Positions 51,225-63,745 of a stretch of 64,000 bases of DNA are shown piece after piece. Origin of the DNA: Mobula hypostoma. Its lineage: Eukaryota. The translations under genes and the position numbers were made by a program. Positions within the stretch are counted from its first letter, which is position 1; each line of letters starts with the position of its first letter. The notes beneath the pieces were generated by a model. It was not told the origin of the DNA. It ran no database searches and was given only the letters and a program-made list of their open reading frames with translations. The stretch lies in assembly GCF_963921235.1 (NCBI RefSeq), contig NC_086097.1, positions 117,058,001 to 117,122,000 of the forward strand, given 5' to 3'.

Positions 51225-51817
51225 TATAGAAACATAGAAAACCTACAGCACAACACAGGCCATTCGGCCCACAATGCTGTGCCAAATATGTCCTTACCTT
51301 AGAAATTACCTAAGCTTACACATAGCCTTCTATTTTTCTGAGCTCCATATACCTGTGCCGGAGTCTCTTAAAAGACCCTATCGTATCCGCCTCCACCACC
51401 GTCACCAGCAGCCCATTCCATGCACTCAGTACCCTCTGTGAAAAAAACTTACCCCTGACATCTCTGTACCTACTTCCAAGCACCCTAAAACTGTGGCCTC
51501 TCCTGCTAACCATTTCAGCCCTGGGAAAAAGCCTCTGATTATCCACACAATCAGTGCCTCTCATCATCTTGTACACCTCTATCAGGTCACCTCATCCTCC
51601 GTCGCTCCAAGGAGAAAAGGCCGAGTTCACTCAACCTATTCTCATAAGGCATGCTCCCCAATCCAGGCAACATCCTTGTAAATCTCCACTGCATCCTTTC
51701 TAAGGTTTCCACGTCCTTCCTGTAGTGAGTGACCAGAACTGAGCACAGTACTCCAAGTGGGGTCTGACCAGGGTCCTATATAGCTGCAACATTACCTCAC
51801 AGTACTCCAAGTGGGGT
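51225..51817 (-). mobile_element. CR1 3' fragment
   Basis: YKMMRGTDCVDNQRLFPR...FFSQRVLSAWNGL; TTTCTATG-type tail. Confidence 0.9.
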
Positions 51818-51899
51818 ATTTTCCCACATATTACTTCATCTGCTCACATTCGTAACCAGTCTGCTTATGACCACTTATGTCAAAGATCATTTTCCTGTC

Positions 51900-52319
51900 A
51901 AACTTAATATTGGCATTGGATGAGGGTATGGAATTGATTTTTTTCTTGATTTCTCTTGTAGTTTAACTTTCCTATACTTGCTTGTATTTTTACATAATCA
52001 CCTACATATGTATAATTGTTTGGTGATTTCTCTAGTAATTGTGATACAGCTTCATTTGTATTCTCCTAGAAGCTTCTTAGCTTCTCACAGCAGGTGTCAA
52101 ACAACTTGAATCTGGCTATTTTATAAGTTAATTCTTATCACTGAAATGTTTTTTTTGTTGGAGCTAATTTTGTAGAAGATGAACATGATTTTATTGTTCT
52201 TTTTTGTTCATGTTTTGTTCTTATAATACTTAATCAAACAACTGTAATCAACAAGTTTTATGTCTCATTCTGGACTTCTGATGAGCCTGTGTGGATTGCA
52301 AAAACACTAGGATCCAACA
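51900..52319 (+). repeat. ERV 5' LTR (start approximate)
   Basis: 51916-52190 aligns by eye with 59681-59958; ends ...CCAACA just before the PBS. Confidence 0.75.
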
Positions 52320-52322
52320 ATT

Positions 52323-52340
52323 TGGCATCGTCAACAGGAT
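52323..52340 (+). promoter_or_regulatory. Primer-binding site, tRNA-Ser-like
   Basis: TGGCATCGTCAACAGGAT matches TGGCGTAGTCGGCAGGAT (tRNA-Ser 3' complement, recalled) at 14/18; 3 nt after the LTR CA. Confidence 0.65.
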
Positions 52341-52486
52341 GGTTGCAAAACCTTGAGGATGTGGAAGAATCCCAGATGAAGGGGAGGTCCTAGCATGATT
52401 GTAGCATAAGTTGATAGGAAGGAATACCTTTCTCCAGATTTTCCTAATCATCAGAGAAACACCTAGTTCTTGCTTCAAGACACCAT

Positions 52487-52566
52487 CAGGGGTTCCCTAC
52501 CTGGGATCCCAGGATCCCTTGCATAATGGCATTGGTCCATGGCAAAAAGAAGGTTGTAAACTCCCG
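52487..52566. mobile_element. Short decayed hAT-like MITE
   Basis: CAGGGGTTCCCTACC...GGTTGTAAACTCCCG imperfect TIRs; no clear TSD. Confidence 0.5.
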
Positions 52567-52764
52567 ATCAAAATGAAGTACAGGAGCAAAAGAAAACACT
52601 ATTCTGTTTTATTTTGCTCTGTTTTAGTGAAGTGAAACATGCACTAGGATTATAATTGTTTCATTGCACAAGTCAACTGAGTACCATTTGTGTGGTGCTT
52701 GGGTATATGTATTTAAAATATAGAACATATATACAGGACAGGACAGGCCCTTTGGCCCATAATA

Positions 52765-53630
52765 TAGAAACATAGAAACATAGAAAATAGGTGCAGGAGT
52801 AGGCCATTCGGTCCTTCGAGCCTGCACCGCCATTTATTATGATCATGGCTGATCATCCAACTCAGAACCCAGCCTTCCCTCCATACCCCCTGACCCCTGT
52901 AGCCACAAGGGCCATATCTAACTTCCTTTTAAACATAGCTAATGAACTGGCCTCAACAGTTTGCTGTGGCAGAGAATTCCACAGATTCACCACTCTCTGT
53001 GTGAAGAAGTTTTTCCTAATCTCGGTCCTAAAAGGCTTCCCCTCTATCCGCAAACTGTGACCCCTCGTTCTGGACCTCCCCAACATCGGGAACAATCTTC
53101 CCGCATCCAGCCTGTCCAATCCCTTTAGGATCTTATACGTTTCAATCAGATCCCCCCTCAATCTTCTAAATTCCAACGAGTACAAGCCCAGTTCATCCAG
53201 TCTTTCTTCATATGAAAGACCTGCCATCCCAGGAATCAATCTGGTGAACCTTCTTTGTACTCCCTCTATGGCAAAGATGTCTTTCCTCAGATTAGGGGAC
53301 CAAAACTGCACACAATACTCCAGGTGTGGTCTCACCAAGGCCTTGTACAACTGCAGTAGTACCTCCCTGCTCCTGTACTCGAATCCTCTCGCTATAAATG
53401 CCAGCATACCGTTCGCCTTTTTCACCGCCTGCTGTACCTGCATGCCCACTTTCAATGACTGGTGTATAATGACACCCAGGTCTCGTTGCACCTCCCCTTT
53501 TCCTAATCGGTCACCATTCAGATAATAATCTGTTTTCCTATTTTTGCCACCAAAGTGGATAACTTCACATTTATCCACATTAAATTGCATCTGCCATGAG
53601 TTTGCCCACTCACCCAACCTATCCAAGTCA
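52765..53630 (-). mobile_element. Young CR1 3' fragment, near-identical to 37070-37940, nested in an older CR1 tail (52718-53905)
   Basis: 254-aa open frame almost identical to the C-terminus of the 888-aa ORF. Confidence 0.95.
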
Positions 53631-53905
53631 AATCTACTCTAAGATAAATCCCTTTTACACAGGTCTCCACTTCTCTATCATCCATGTGCCTAGCTAAGGG
53701 TTTCTTAAATGCTCCTAGTCTACCTGCCTCTACCACCAGCCCTGGCAGGGTGTTCCATTCACTCACCACTCTGTATAAAAAAAAATCACCTCTGACATTC
53801 CCCTCTCTACATTTCTCCAGTCAACTTAAAATTGTGCCCTCCGCTATTAGCCATTTCTGGCCTGGGAAAAGGTCTCTGGTATCCACTCAACCTAAGCCCC
53901 TTTAA

Positions 53906-54790
53906 TCATATAACCATATAACAATTACAGCACGGAAACAGACCATCTCGGCCCTTCTAGTCCGTGCCGATCTCCTACTCTCACCTAGTCCCACCGACCT
54001 GCACTTGGTCCATAAACCTCTATTCCCTTCCTGTCCATATATCTACCCAATTTAGCTTTAAACTACAACATCGAACCTGCCTCAACCACTTCTGCTGGGA
54101 GCTCGTTCCACCCAGCTACCACTCCCTGAGTAAAGAAGTTCCCCCTCATGTTACCCCTAAACTTTTGCCCTTTAACTCTCAACTCATGTCCTCTTGTTTG
54201 AATCTCCCCCACTCTCAATGGAAAAAGCCTATCCACGTCAACTCTATCAATCCCCCTCATAATTTTAAACACCTCTATCAAGTCCCCTCTCAACCTTCTA
54301 CGCTCCAAAGAATAAAGACCTAACTTGTTCAACCTTTCTCTGTAACTTAGGAGATGAAACCCAGGCAACATTTTAGTAAACCTCCTCTGTACTCTCAATT
54401 TTATTGACACCTTTCCTATAATTTGGTGACCAGAACTGTACACAATACTCCAAATTTGGCCTTACCAATGCCTTATACAATTTCAACATTACATCCCAAC
54501 TGCTATACTCAATGCTCTCAATAAAGGCCAGCATACCAAAAGCTTTCTTCACCACCCTATCCACATGAGATTCCACCTTCAGGGAACTATGCACCATTAT
54601 TCCTAGATCCCTCTGTTCTACAGCATTCTTCAATGCCCTACCATTTACCATGTATGTCCTATTTTGATTAGTCCTACCAAAATGTAGCACCTCACATTTT
54701 TCAGCATTCAGCATCTGCCGTCTTTCAGCCCACTCTTCTAACTGGCCTAAATCTCTCTGCAAGCTTTGAAAACCTACTTCATTATCCACA
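53906..54790 (-). mobile_element. CR1 3' fragment
   Basis: GFQSLQRDLGQLEEWAE...LVRPNLEYCVQFWSP...LYSLERRRLRGDLIE. Confidence 0.9.
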
Positions 54791-54929
54791 CCACATATCT
54801 TGGTATCTTTAGTTATTCTATGATTTGAGAGTCTTGTTTGTAATTTAGTGATACGAGCAAATGCAAGTTAAGAGTTCTGCATAGGGAGTTTAAAGGAGAT
54901 TTGACACCAAATTAGAAAAACCTACCACA

Positions 54930-56460
54930 ATGAAAGAGGGAATTGAACCTCCAGTTGTTACAGTTGAATAGGTTCCAATGAAGAATTAGAATGAAATGCA
55001 TCATTAACGTTGAGTCTAAGAAATTTGAATTTTAGATGATATTAAAAAGGCATGGAGTAAGATCCAGAGAATGCCCAAGGGAAAGGGAAAACTAGGTGGA
55101 CATTACCAGTTGTATTACAGTTTGAGAAAACAGGAATGTTCTGAGTCAGAAAATTAAATATGTGGGTTGACTGAGCAAGTGCAAAATTTGACTGAACAAG
55201 TGAAAAGATAAAGGAAAACTGTGATAAATTATGAAATCAGTAAGACAGAGACAGTAAAAAGTCTGAAGAACACACCTGTGCATTAACTGAGCAAGTGAGA
55301 GAACAACAGAGGAAGAGTAATCTAATCAAAGCACGTTGCAGAGAGTGCCAGGGTAAGCTGAAGCAATATCAGAAAACACAGTAAGAACCTCAAGAGGGTG
55401 GACTTGCCAGTGACCATCCTCCGCAGGACACAACCCTTATGTCCGACAGTCCTCCAAAGCAGTGCCGCCATCTGAACTGAGAGGAATTCCAGGATGTACA
55501 TAACACAGACTCTACAACAACCTCTAGCAACTCAAGAGAGGATGGCAATGATGGCTAGCAGCCGTGTCATGACCCCAATAATGACCCAGCAAGTGAAGGC
55601 ACACGGAAATGATGATGAAAATTATGAAAGGAGACAAGTGGTATCTTATCAGCCACTTGAACAAGAAAGCAATTAGCCAATGATCCAAAGAGGTTTCACA
55701 TCATTAAAAAAATAAGAGGTTTAAAGACTTGGGCTGCACTTCAACATATTAAGACATATATTTCAGCATATACAGCCTACACAACATGCAACCTCTGGCT
55801 ATTTTGTTGTTTCCTTGGCAACTCAAACAGTTGACTCATGAAATTGTTACTGACATAGGATATGGTAAGCAAAATCTTCAAAGTGGTTGGAAGAACAAAC
55901 ACCAATACAGGCTGATTGGAGAAAAGTGGTTGATTGCAAGCAAAAGACCTTTGAAGATGTTTCTGAATATGAGGAATACTACGGAACAGTATGGTTGAGT
56001 TACTCAAGAGTTCTGGGAGTAAATGAAGACAACATGGAGGAATCTGGCTATAGTCTACTGAAGTCAACTTTTATGGATGGTTTGAAAACAGATGTTGCCA
56101 AAGTGATTAAGCTGATAGAGACAAATTGGAGTGGAGATACCATTCCATATAGTGAGTTACTGCAAATCAGTAAACAAGTGGAATAAGACATCAGAATCCA
56201 AATAAAATTGTTACAGTTAAGACTGCCATCTGTTGATCAACAATCAATGCCTGATGGTCAACAGGTAACACCCCTTCACCAAGAGGAAAAGCAAGATTAG
56301 GGTCTAACATCCTCACCACAGCAATCCTGGTTCAAATCTGAGCCATATCTCTGAGGCCAACCCCGGAAAGGAATATCTCATTATTGTGGTAAAAGAAGGC
56401 ATTGTACTAAAAACGTGTTGGGTTCAAAGACAAAATGGACAAGAGGGACAAGCTGAGTAA
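54930..56460 (+). pseudogene. gag: ERV gag remnant
   Basis: MHR-like DWRKVVDCKQKTFEDVSEYEE...FMDGLKTDV; decayed knuckle SHYCGKRRHCTKN (~56376-56414). Confidence 0.7.
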
Positions 56461-56654
56461 TGAGTTCAACTGTTTGCCCCATTAATGCCCAGAGATCCTG
56501 ACCTGACAACATGGTTTCAACAAGCATTTTTGGATGTGATGAATGTCTTTTTGCTATCCAGAAATGACTAAGCCCTTCCCTGCAGCTCTTGCCTGCCTGA
56601 AAAGAGCAAAAACCAGGTGGATAATGTGTTAACTCACTGTTTGGAAATGACTGT

Positions 56655-58650
56655 GCTGAATTCTTATTGGATATTGGATTGACAATAGATTACAGGATTG
56701 TTAATCAATGTTCCAACAAGTTAACTACTCTAGTGGCTGATGCACTGCAGCCATCACACAAATGGTTTACCATTACTGATATTAAGAATAAATTCTGATC
56801 TGTACCACTCATGCCTGAATGTCATTGGTGGTTAGCTTTTACAGTTAATGGACAACAATACCAGCGGATGAGGCTACCACAAGGGCTCCACTACAGTTCC
56901 ACTGTCTACCACAAGGTTCCATGACAACACCTAAGGGGATATAGCAGCTATTGATTCAACTATCATCCAGCATATAGATGGTGCCTTGATTGCATCTGAC
57001 ACTGCAGACCAACACGAACAAGATATGCTTTATTTTCTTGATTATTCATCCTCAAAGAATCACAAAGCAAATTTGGGCAGAGTGGCAACAAGAAGAAGTG
57101 ATTTAATTGGGACTGTAAATTCCCTCAGGCAAACTGTAAATCACGGAGGATCGCGCAAAGACTGTCAAATCAGTACAACCACCCGCAACAGTTCAGCATC
57201 TCCAAGCATTTTGCCAGTCTGTGTTGCTACAACAGAGCATGGGTCAACTCATATACTGAAACCGCACAACCACACAAAACTCTACTGAAGGGCAGCAAGT
57301 ACTCTGATGACACTATGATTCTTAATAAAGAATAGTCGGAAATGATTCAGACTCTAAAAACAACATTATGCACCGCACCTGCATTAGGAATGCCAGACAC
57401 AGGTGGGTCAATAAAGAAGATAGCTATATAATAGCACTCCTGACTGAAGAACATGGAGACCAACAACATTCGGACTGGCTGTTACTCAACCAAATTGGCT
57501 AATGTAACACTAGGATCGAATGGGCTTCCCATTGTCGACACCGTGCAGAACCATCAGGACAAGTGGAACAAATGAATGGGATCATCAAATAACAGCTGAC
57601 CAAGTATCATAAAGAGAGTGTACCATGGCCAGTGGCGCTTCCAATGGTCTTACGCACCATCAGAAAAACCAAAAAGAAGAAAACTAAATTAAGTCCATTC
57701 GGGGTGGTAACAGGGCGAACCCATGCCATGACCTGAAGACATTGATATCAGAAAACCAAAGGATGAATGTCTGTGGAGTAAAATGACAACTTAACTCTTT
57801 CTGAAGTCCAAGCATCTGGGTCTATATACTTGCTAGTGGGTAGTATTTATTAATGACTAAATATCTGTCGGTCACTTTGAGAGTATTTTTTTCATAGTGT
57901 CTGCATTCAAGCTTATTGCTGATGTATGTGACATTAACGTTCTTTTGTAAGTCCAAAGGAATGTTGTTTGCTATGAGATAATGGGGAGTGACCATTAGAG
58001 CATCTAATTAATTTATGAGCACAGGAGGCATTTGAAAAAAGACAGGCTATGTGAGACAAAAGACGAAAAAGTGCATTTGTTTCTGGGTCTCTCTGCATTT
58101 GTGAAACTCATATTTATTGGGCTGCTTTTCCCAGTTTTATCGGACTCCAACCAAGGACTGGAAATAACAATCAGTGCCAAGGTTTCATGAGTGAGAACAG
58201 CAAAATTCAAGTGGTGATTAAGCATCATGAGCCCTAAAATCTTTGTGATTTGATATGTAGTATTTTGTGTCATTTCTTTCTGCTTTCATCTTTATGATAA
58301 TAAGTTAGACTTGAGTTGCTTTGTTGTTCTTGTACACCTATTACCACATTTTCTGGACACTCCAATGGTTTGGGTCTGATCAACCCAGCCTTTACAGGCT
58401 GAAAAACTTATTTTGGCAGAGTTTGGTTAACTATCGTGTGGAACTATCCCAAGCTGTTCAGTCTGCTTCTCAATAGGTTTCTGCAGCTTGGAGTGATTCA
58501 TCAGAAGGGTGGTTCCTGGTGAGTGGGTCCGGATCCAGAAACCACATTCGGAGCCACTAGGAGCTTGGTTGGAAGGACGTTGTCAAGTGTCGTTGGTTAC
58601 CAACTCATCAGTAAAAGTAGAAGGCAAAAGCAAGTGGATGCTTTCTAGCT
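56655..58650 (+). pseudogene. pol: ERV pro-pol remnant (PR/RT/IN with large deletions)
   Basis: FLLDIG|LTIDYR; WFTITDIKNKF*SVPL; AFTVNGQQYQRMRLPQGLHYS; IQHIDG; LCTAPALGMPD; SGQVEQMNGIIK; WPVALPMVL; LSPFGVVTGR; PGEWVRI...LEGRCQVSLVTNSSVKVEGKSKW. Confidence 0.9.
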
Positions 58651-59079
58651 ACTAGAAGTAAGCTAAGGTGGTGGCTGATGAAAGCAAGCTCTGAGATTAA
58701 TGCATTAGTAATCTCTGACTCAGTGTCTACACTGCTGGGCGATAGTGAGCAAATCATAACCAGCCAGAAGACGTTAAACAAACTCATAACTACGGGACAC
58801 AAAGTTCAAGATCAAAGGTCAAAGTGCATATTTCAAAGTATGTATACTATATACATATATATGTATACTTATCTCCTTAGAGGCAGCCACAAAACAAAGA
58901 AACCCAATTGAAGCCATTTTTTAAAAAGACCATTAAACACTCAATGTGTAGAGAAAAAGAAAGCAAACTGTCCAAACAGTAAAAGTAAGCAACTAGCTTT
59001 CAAAACTGAAGTTCATGAGTCCACAGACACCGACACAGAATTCATTCAAATGTTGCTTGTTGTTGTATTTCTTCTGGTC

Positions 59080-59468
59080 TCGTCTCATTACAAATGTTGC
59101 TGCGGCTTTAGGAAGGCTAAACAAAGACACTACTACTGCCTTACAAAAAGTAACAATGGAGATAATTGCAATGTATAAGATGGTTCTCCAAAATTATATG
59201 ACAGTAACCTCTCTTAGCAGTTAAGGGGGGCATCATGTGCAGTTAAAGAGTGTTGTACTTGATATCTGATGAATTGGATTATAGACTGATCATATTCAGA
59301 AAGGGACAGCTAAGATACAACAATCTGATGGATGAAATGTCTTTGATTGAATCAGATCAAAGCCTGGAAGAGCTGGGCTTACTTGTTGTTATGAGTTATA
59401 CTATTTGCCTTGATGTGCCTTATCATAATTTGCATCTTAATTATTTATATAACAGCTATCATCAGTAG
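59080..59468 (+). pseudogene. env: ERV env transmembrane subunit remnant (gamma-type)
   Basis: Heptad LGRLNKDTTTALQKVTMEII, ISD-like MVLQNYM, then GG..CAVKECCT, and a hydrophobic span VILFALMCLIIICILIIYI. Confidence 0.8.
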
Positions 59469-59571
59469 CCCTTGCACCTACACATAGTGTACCTATTCCT
59501 AAGAACAAGCAGTCTGATTATGACATCATTCTATTAATATCCTATGATGTTTTTTTCTAAGTCGGGGTGAA

Positions 59572-59960
59572 TTTTTGTGTTTGTTTTTTAGGTATTGCAG
59601 GTACCACAATTTTGCCTGATTCTGAATTTTCAGATGTAATAATTCTAAATGTGTGATTTAGAATTAATGAAGAGTGGATATTGGATTATGGTGTTGAATT
59701 GTTACTTTTCTTGTAGATTAACTTTCCTATATCTGCTTGTATTTTTATATAATCACACATATACGTGTATTTTTTTCAGTGAATTTTACAGTTATTGTTG
59801 TAGAGCTGCTTCCATATTTTTCTTAAAACATGTTCATGTTTCTGCAGCAAGTGTCACACCACTTGAATTTGGCTAGTTTATATATTAATTCTGATCATTG
59901 AAATATTGTAATTTTTTTGTTAGTCGGAGCAAGTTTTTGAAGAAGATGACTGTGATTTCT
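59572..59960 (+). repeat. ERV 3' LTR (partial)
   Basis: Follows PPT-like AAGTCGGGGTGAA (~59559-59571); homologous to the 5' LTR. Confidence 0.7.
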
Positions 59961-60834
59961 TGGTCTCTGATGTTACGCTCAATCCAATGATGCCACAATT
60001 TATGTACCAATCTTGTGTATGGTATATTATCAAATGCTTTTCAAAAATCTGAATACATTGCTTCTACCAGTTCTGCCTTTTCCACCAGTTGTCTTTATTT
60101 ACCATGAACTCTATTAGCTGAGACAAGCACTTAATATTTACAATTATATTCAAATCGTGATTTTCTATCTCATATTAGCATATCTATTTGAAAGGTTATA
60201 ACATACACCTAAATGATCCAAATGATGTGTGATTCCCTAAATTGAAAATTATTTCCCTATTTGAATATTAATTTTACATTAGCTGCTTTCCAAACCATTG
60301 AAAATGTTCAAGACCCTAAAGACTTTGGGAGGATCACTACTATGCTACATCTGTATTTGAAGCCAACTTCTTAGGAAGCTGAGGATTAGCCATCAGGTCC
60401 GAGGAATTTATCAGCCTTTCATTCCTCTGATTTTTCCATTACCCAAGTAGACTATTTTATCTGCCTCACTCTTATTGGATCCATAGTTCTTCAGAATATT
60501 CAGCACGTTCTTTATGAGTGATTTATTATAAAGAATGGTTTATTTCTTATTCCTTGTCCTGCCTCCAAAGGCTTGCATTATTTTTACAGATCCATAGAAC
60601 CTCAACTGCTTTACCCTTTGTATTTCTTGCTACTTCATTTACACTTCTATCTTACCTGCTCCCTATTTCTAAAAGATCAACATGGATTATTTAGAGCAAC
60701 TGAATTGACTGTGTTGTGTCTTCTGTTGTTTGCCAGTCTTTGTTTATGTACAGTTTTTTGGTGAAATTCTATGGCATTTTTTCATGTAAATGCCTAAAAG
60801 AAAATAACTTCAAGGCAGTAGATGGTAACATATA

Positions 60835-61462
60835 CCCTCAGTGGCCGCCTTATCAGTTACAAGAGTGGAACCTGATGTGGCCTTCTGCTCTGTAGGTTCA
60901 ATGTGTTCAGCATTCAGAGATGTTCTTTTGCACACCACGTTGTAACGTGTGGTTGTTTGAGTTACAGTCTACTTCCTGTTAGTTTGAACCAGTCTGGCCA
61001 TTTTCCTCTGACTTCTGTCATTCTGAGTCCTGAAGAAAGTTCTCAGCCTGAAACGTCAACTGTTTACTCTTTTCCATAGATGTTGCCTGACCTTCTGAGT
61101 TCCTCCAGCATTTTGTGTGTGCCTTTCAGTAACAAGGTGTTTTCACCCACAGAACTGCTGCTCACTGGATGCTTTTTTTTTGATTTTCACACCACTCTCT
61201 GTAAACTCTAGAGACTGTTGTGTGTAAAAATCCCAGCAGATCAGCAGTTTCTGAGATACTCAGACACAATGATCATTCCACAGTCAAAGACAATTAGATC
61301 ACATTTCTTGCCCATTCTGATTCTTGGTCTGAACAACAACTGAACCTCTTCACCATGTCTGCATGCTTTTATGCTTTGAGCTGCAGCCACATGATTAGCT
61401 GATTAGGTATTTGCATCAACGAGCAGGTGTACATGTGTCACTAATAAAGTGGCCACAGAGTG
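60835..61462 (-). mobile_element. Tc1-like deleted transposon with inserted Penelope tail (61021-61122)
   Basis: TA-flanked CAGTGGCC/GGCCACAGAGTG TIRs; GAGTC-CTGAAGA...GAAACGTC hammerhead-like motif inside. Confidence 0.8.
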
Positions 61463-62229
61463 TATGTATGTTGAACATGAGCTTTAAACTTGATGTAAAT
61501 ATAACTTCTTACAAAGTGATTCAGGTTGTTTGGGACTGAACCTATCGGGACATAAGACCATAGGACATAGGAACAGAATTAAGCCATTCAGCCCATCGAA
61601 TCTGCTCTGTCATTTTATCATGACTGTTATATTATCACCCACCCCCCCCCAAAACCTATTCTCCTTTGATTCCTGCTCTGGACTGATCTTACTCTCTTCT
61701 CTCTTGTCACTTCAAAGTATTGAGTAACGCACACCGAATAGTTTAGGAATGGTGACTTTCCCTCAGCCAAGAGAATCCTGAAGAGTCCAAGAACCTATAA
61801 ACACTACCTCATTGTTGGTCTTTTGTATTACTTACTTATTTTGTAACTTACAGTATTTGTTTCATGGCTTGCACTCCACTGCTGCCACTAGGGATCAAAT
61901 TTCATGACAAATATCAGCGATAGTAAACCTGGTTCTGATTCTGATAAAGAGGCAACTGTAAGTACGCAATATGGAAACTATGCAGTTTGGAGAGATGACC
62001 CTTGTTATTTTATGAAATTATAAACTAAATATAGAGTATAGTACTATTCATTTGTAGTATTTTAATCTGTTGTTTAGTGAATAGATCCATTTTGCAAATC
62101 AACTTTTCCTTTAAATATACACAGATTGCATTAATAATCATTTGGAATATGTGTGAGAAGTAAGAATTGCTTCACTGTGACTTTTAAAGACTTGCTATTA
62201 TAATAATTTTAGTTGCTCTGCATCAAATT

Positions 62230-63745
62230 TGATTAAAGGTATCTTTCTGAATTGAGGAACTGAACTTATCAATCCCCATCATGGTGTTGTATGATAGGCC
62301 TCCCGATAACCAATGTCAGATGGAGGATGCAAGAACAGATACGTGGGTTGATCATAGAAACATGTAAGAGCAACAGGGCTGATGCAGTGGGTGACTTTGA
62401 TTTCCCCAATACTAGACCTCGTATTACAATCTGAGCTTCGCAAAGTGATTGGAGTTTCCAGATAGTAATGGATAAGGATAAGCCTGGATCTTTGGAAAAG
62501 ATTGGAAGTGGCTGCTTTTGGTTAAGTCCACATCTGGCATTTGGGGATTGCTTAAAGACTGCAGGACTAACGTGCTCCTGTTAGGAAGAGAGACAAGGTC
62601 AACAAGGTTTAGTAACATTGGATGACGAAAAAGGTTATATCTCTAGTCGTAATGAAAAAGTAAACATAGTTAAGGCTTTTGGAAGTGGAAATCAGGCAGA
62701 TAAGAATATATAAAGGAAGCAGGTAAGATCACGAACTACTATCACCTTAAGCAACAAGAAAGTTTCCAGAAGATTGCAGTATCTTCCTTTCTTTAAGGGT
62801 GATAGGACAAATGAAGCAAATTGTGGGTTGGTGAGCTTTACATCAATGAAGGGAAATTATTGGAGAAGATTCTTATAGGTAGGATTCGCTCACATTTGGT
62901 AAAGGGTGGGTTCATTACAGATAGTCAGCATGGCTTTATGCACAAGGGGTCATGAATAATGAACTCGATTCAGTTTATAGAGAAAATGAAGAAAATGATT
63001 GATGAGATTAGGGAAGTAGAAGTTACCTACATGAACTTCAGTAAAGCAGTTAACAAGGTAGTCTAATTGAAACGATGGAATCCACGATGACTGTAGATTG
63101 AGTTCAAAATTGGCTTTGCCATAGTAGACAGAGCATAATGGTGGAGGGATATTATTTCTTTTTATTTATATAAACAGCATGGTAATAGGCCCTTCTTGCC
63201 TATGCTGCCTAATTACACCCACATGATCAATTAACCCACTAACCTGTATATCTTTGGAGGAAACCCATGCCACCACAGGGAGAATGTACAAACTCCTTCC
63301 AGACAGAGGCTGGAATTGAACCCAGGTCGCTGACACTGTTACGCTACATTGCTACCTCTTGTTATTGTGACTGGAGTTCTGTGACCAGTGGTTCTCCACA
63401 ACGAATCGGCGCTGGCATCTCTGCTGTTTGTCATTTATATAGATATGACTTGGATAAAAATGTAGGTCAACTGATTTGTAAGCTTGCCGACAGTGCAAAG
63501 TATATCAGATCTTAGAACAGCGAGAGCCGTTGTGAAAGGAATCAGCAGGGGATAGATCGTTTGGAAAGATGGTGGAGTAATTGCAGACAGAGTTTAATCT
63601 GAAACAAGTGTGAGTTGTTGCACTTCAGGAGATCAAAATTAATTAGTAAATGGCAGAGCCCTCAGGAGCATTGATGTGGAGAGAACTTGAGGGAACCATA
63701 GTGTCCTGGAAGCAGCAGCTCAAGTTTACAGGGTGGTGTAGAAGC
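62230..63745 (+). mobile_element. Old CR1 ORF2 remnant with a V-SINE insert (~63160-63350, minus strand)
   Basis: VGDFDFP, DSQHGFM, YMNFSKAVNK, VTSGSPQ, KLADSAK remnants. Confidence 0.75.

Larger units (their letters stand above)
51900..59960 (+). mobile_element. Ancient endogenous retrovirus (LTR-PBS-gag-pro-pol-env-PPT-LTR), fully decayed
   Basis: Paired diverged LTR segments, PBS, and ordered gag/PR/RT/IN/env-TM remnants (see sub-features). Confidence 0.85.

Noticed and set aside
54930..59468. Functional provirus or captured env at this locus
   Set aside because: Many stops, frameshifts and deletions (PR-RT, RNase H, most of SU), and YxDD has decayed to HIDG
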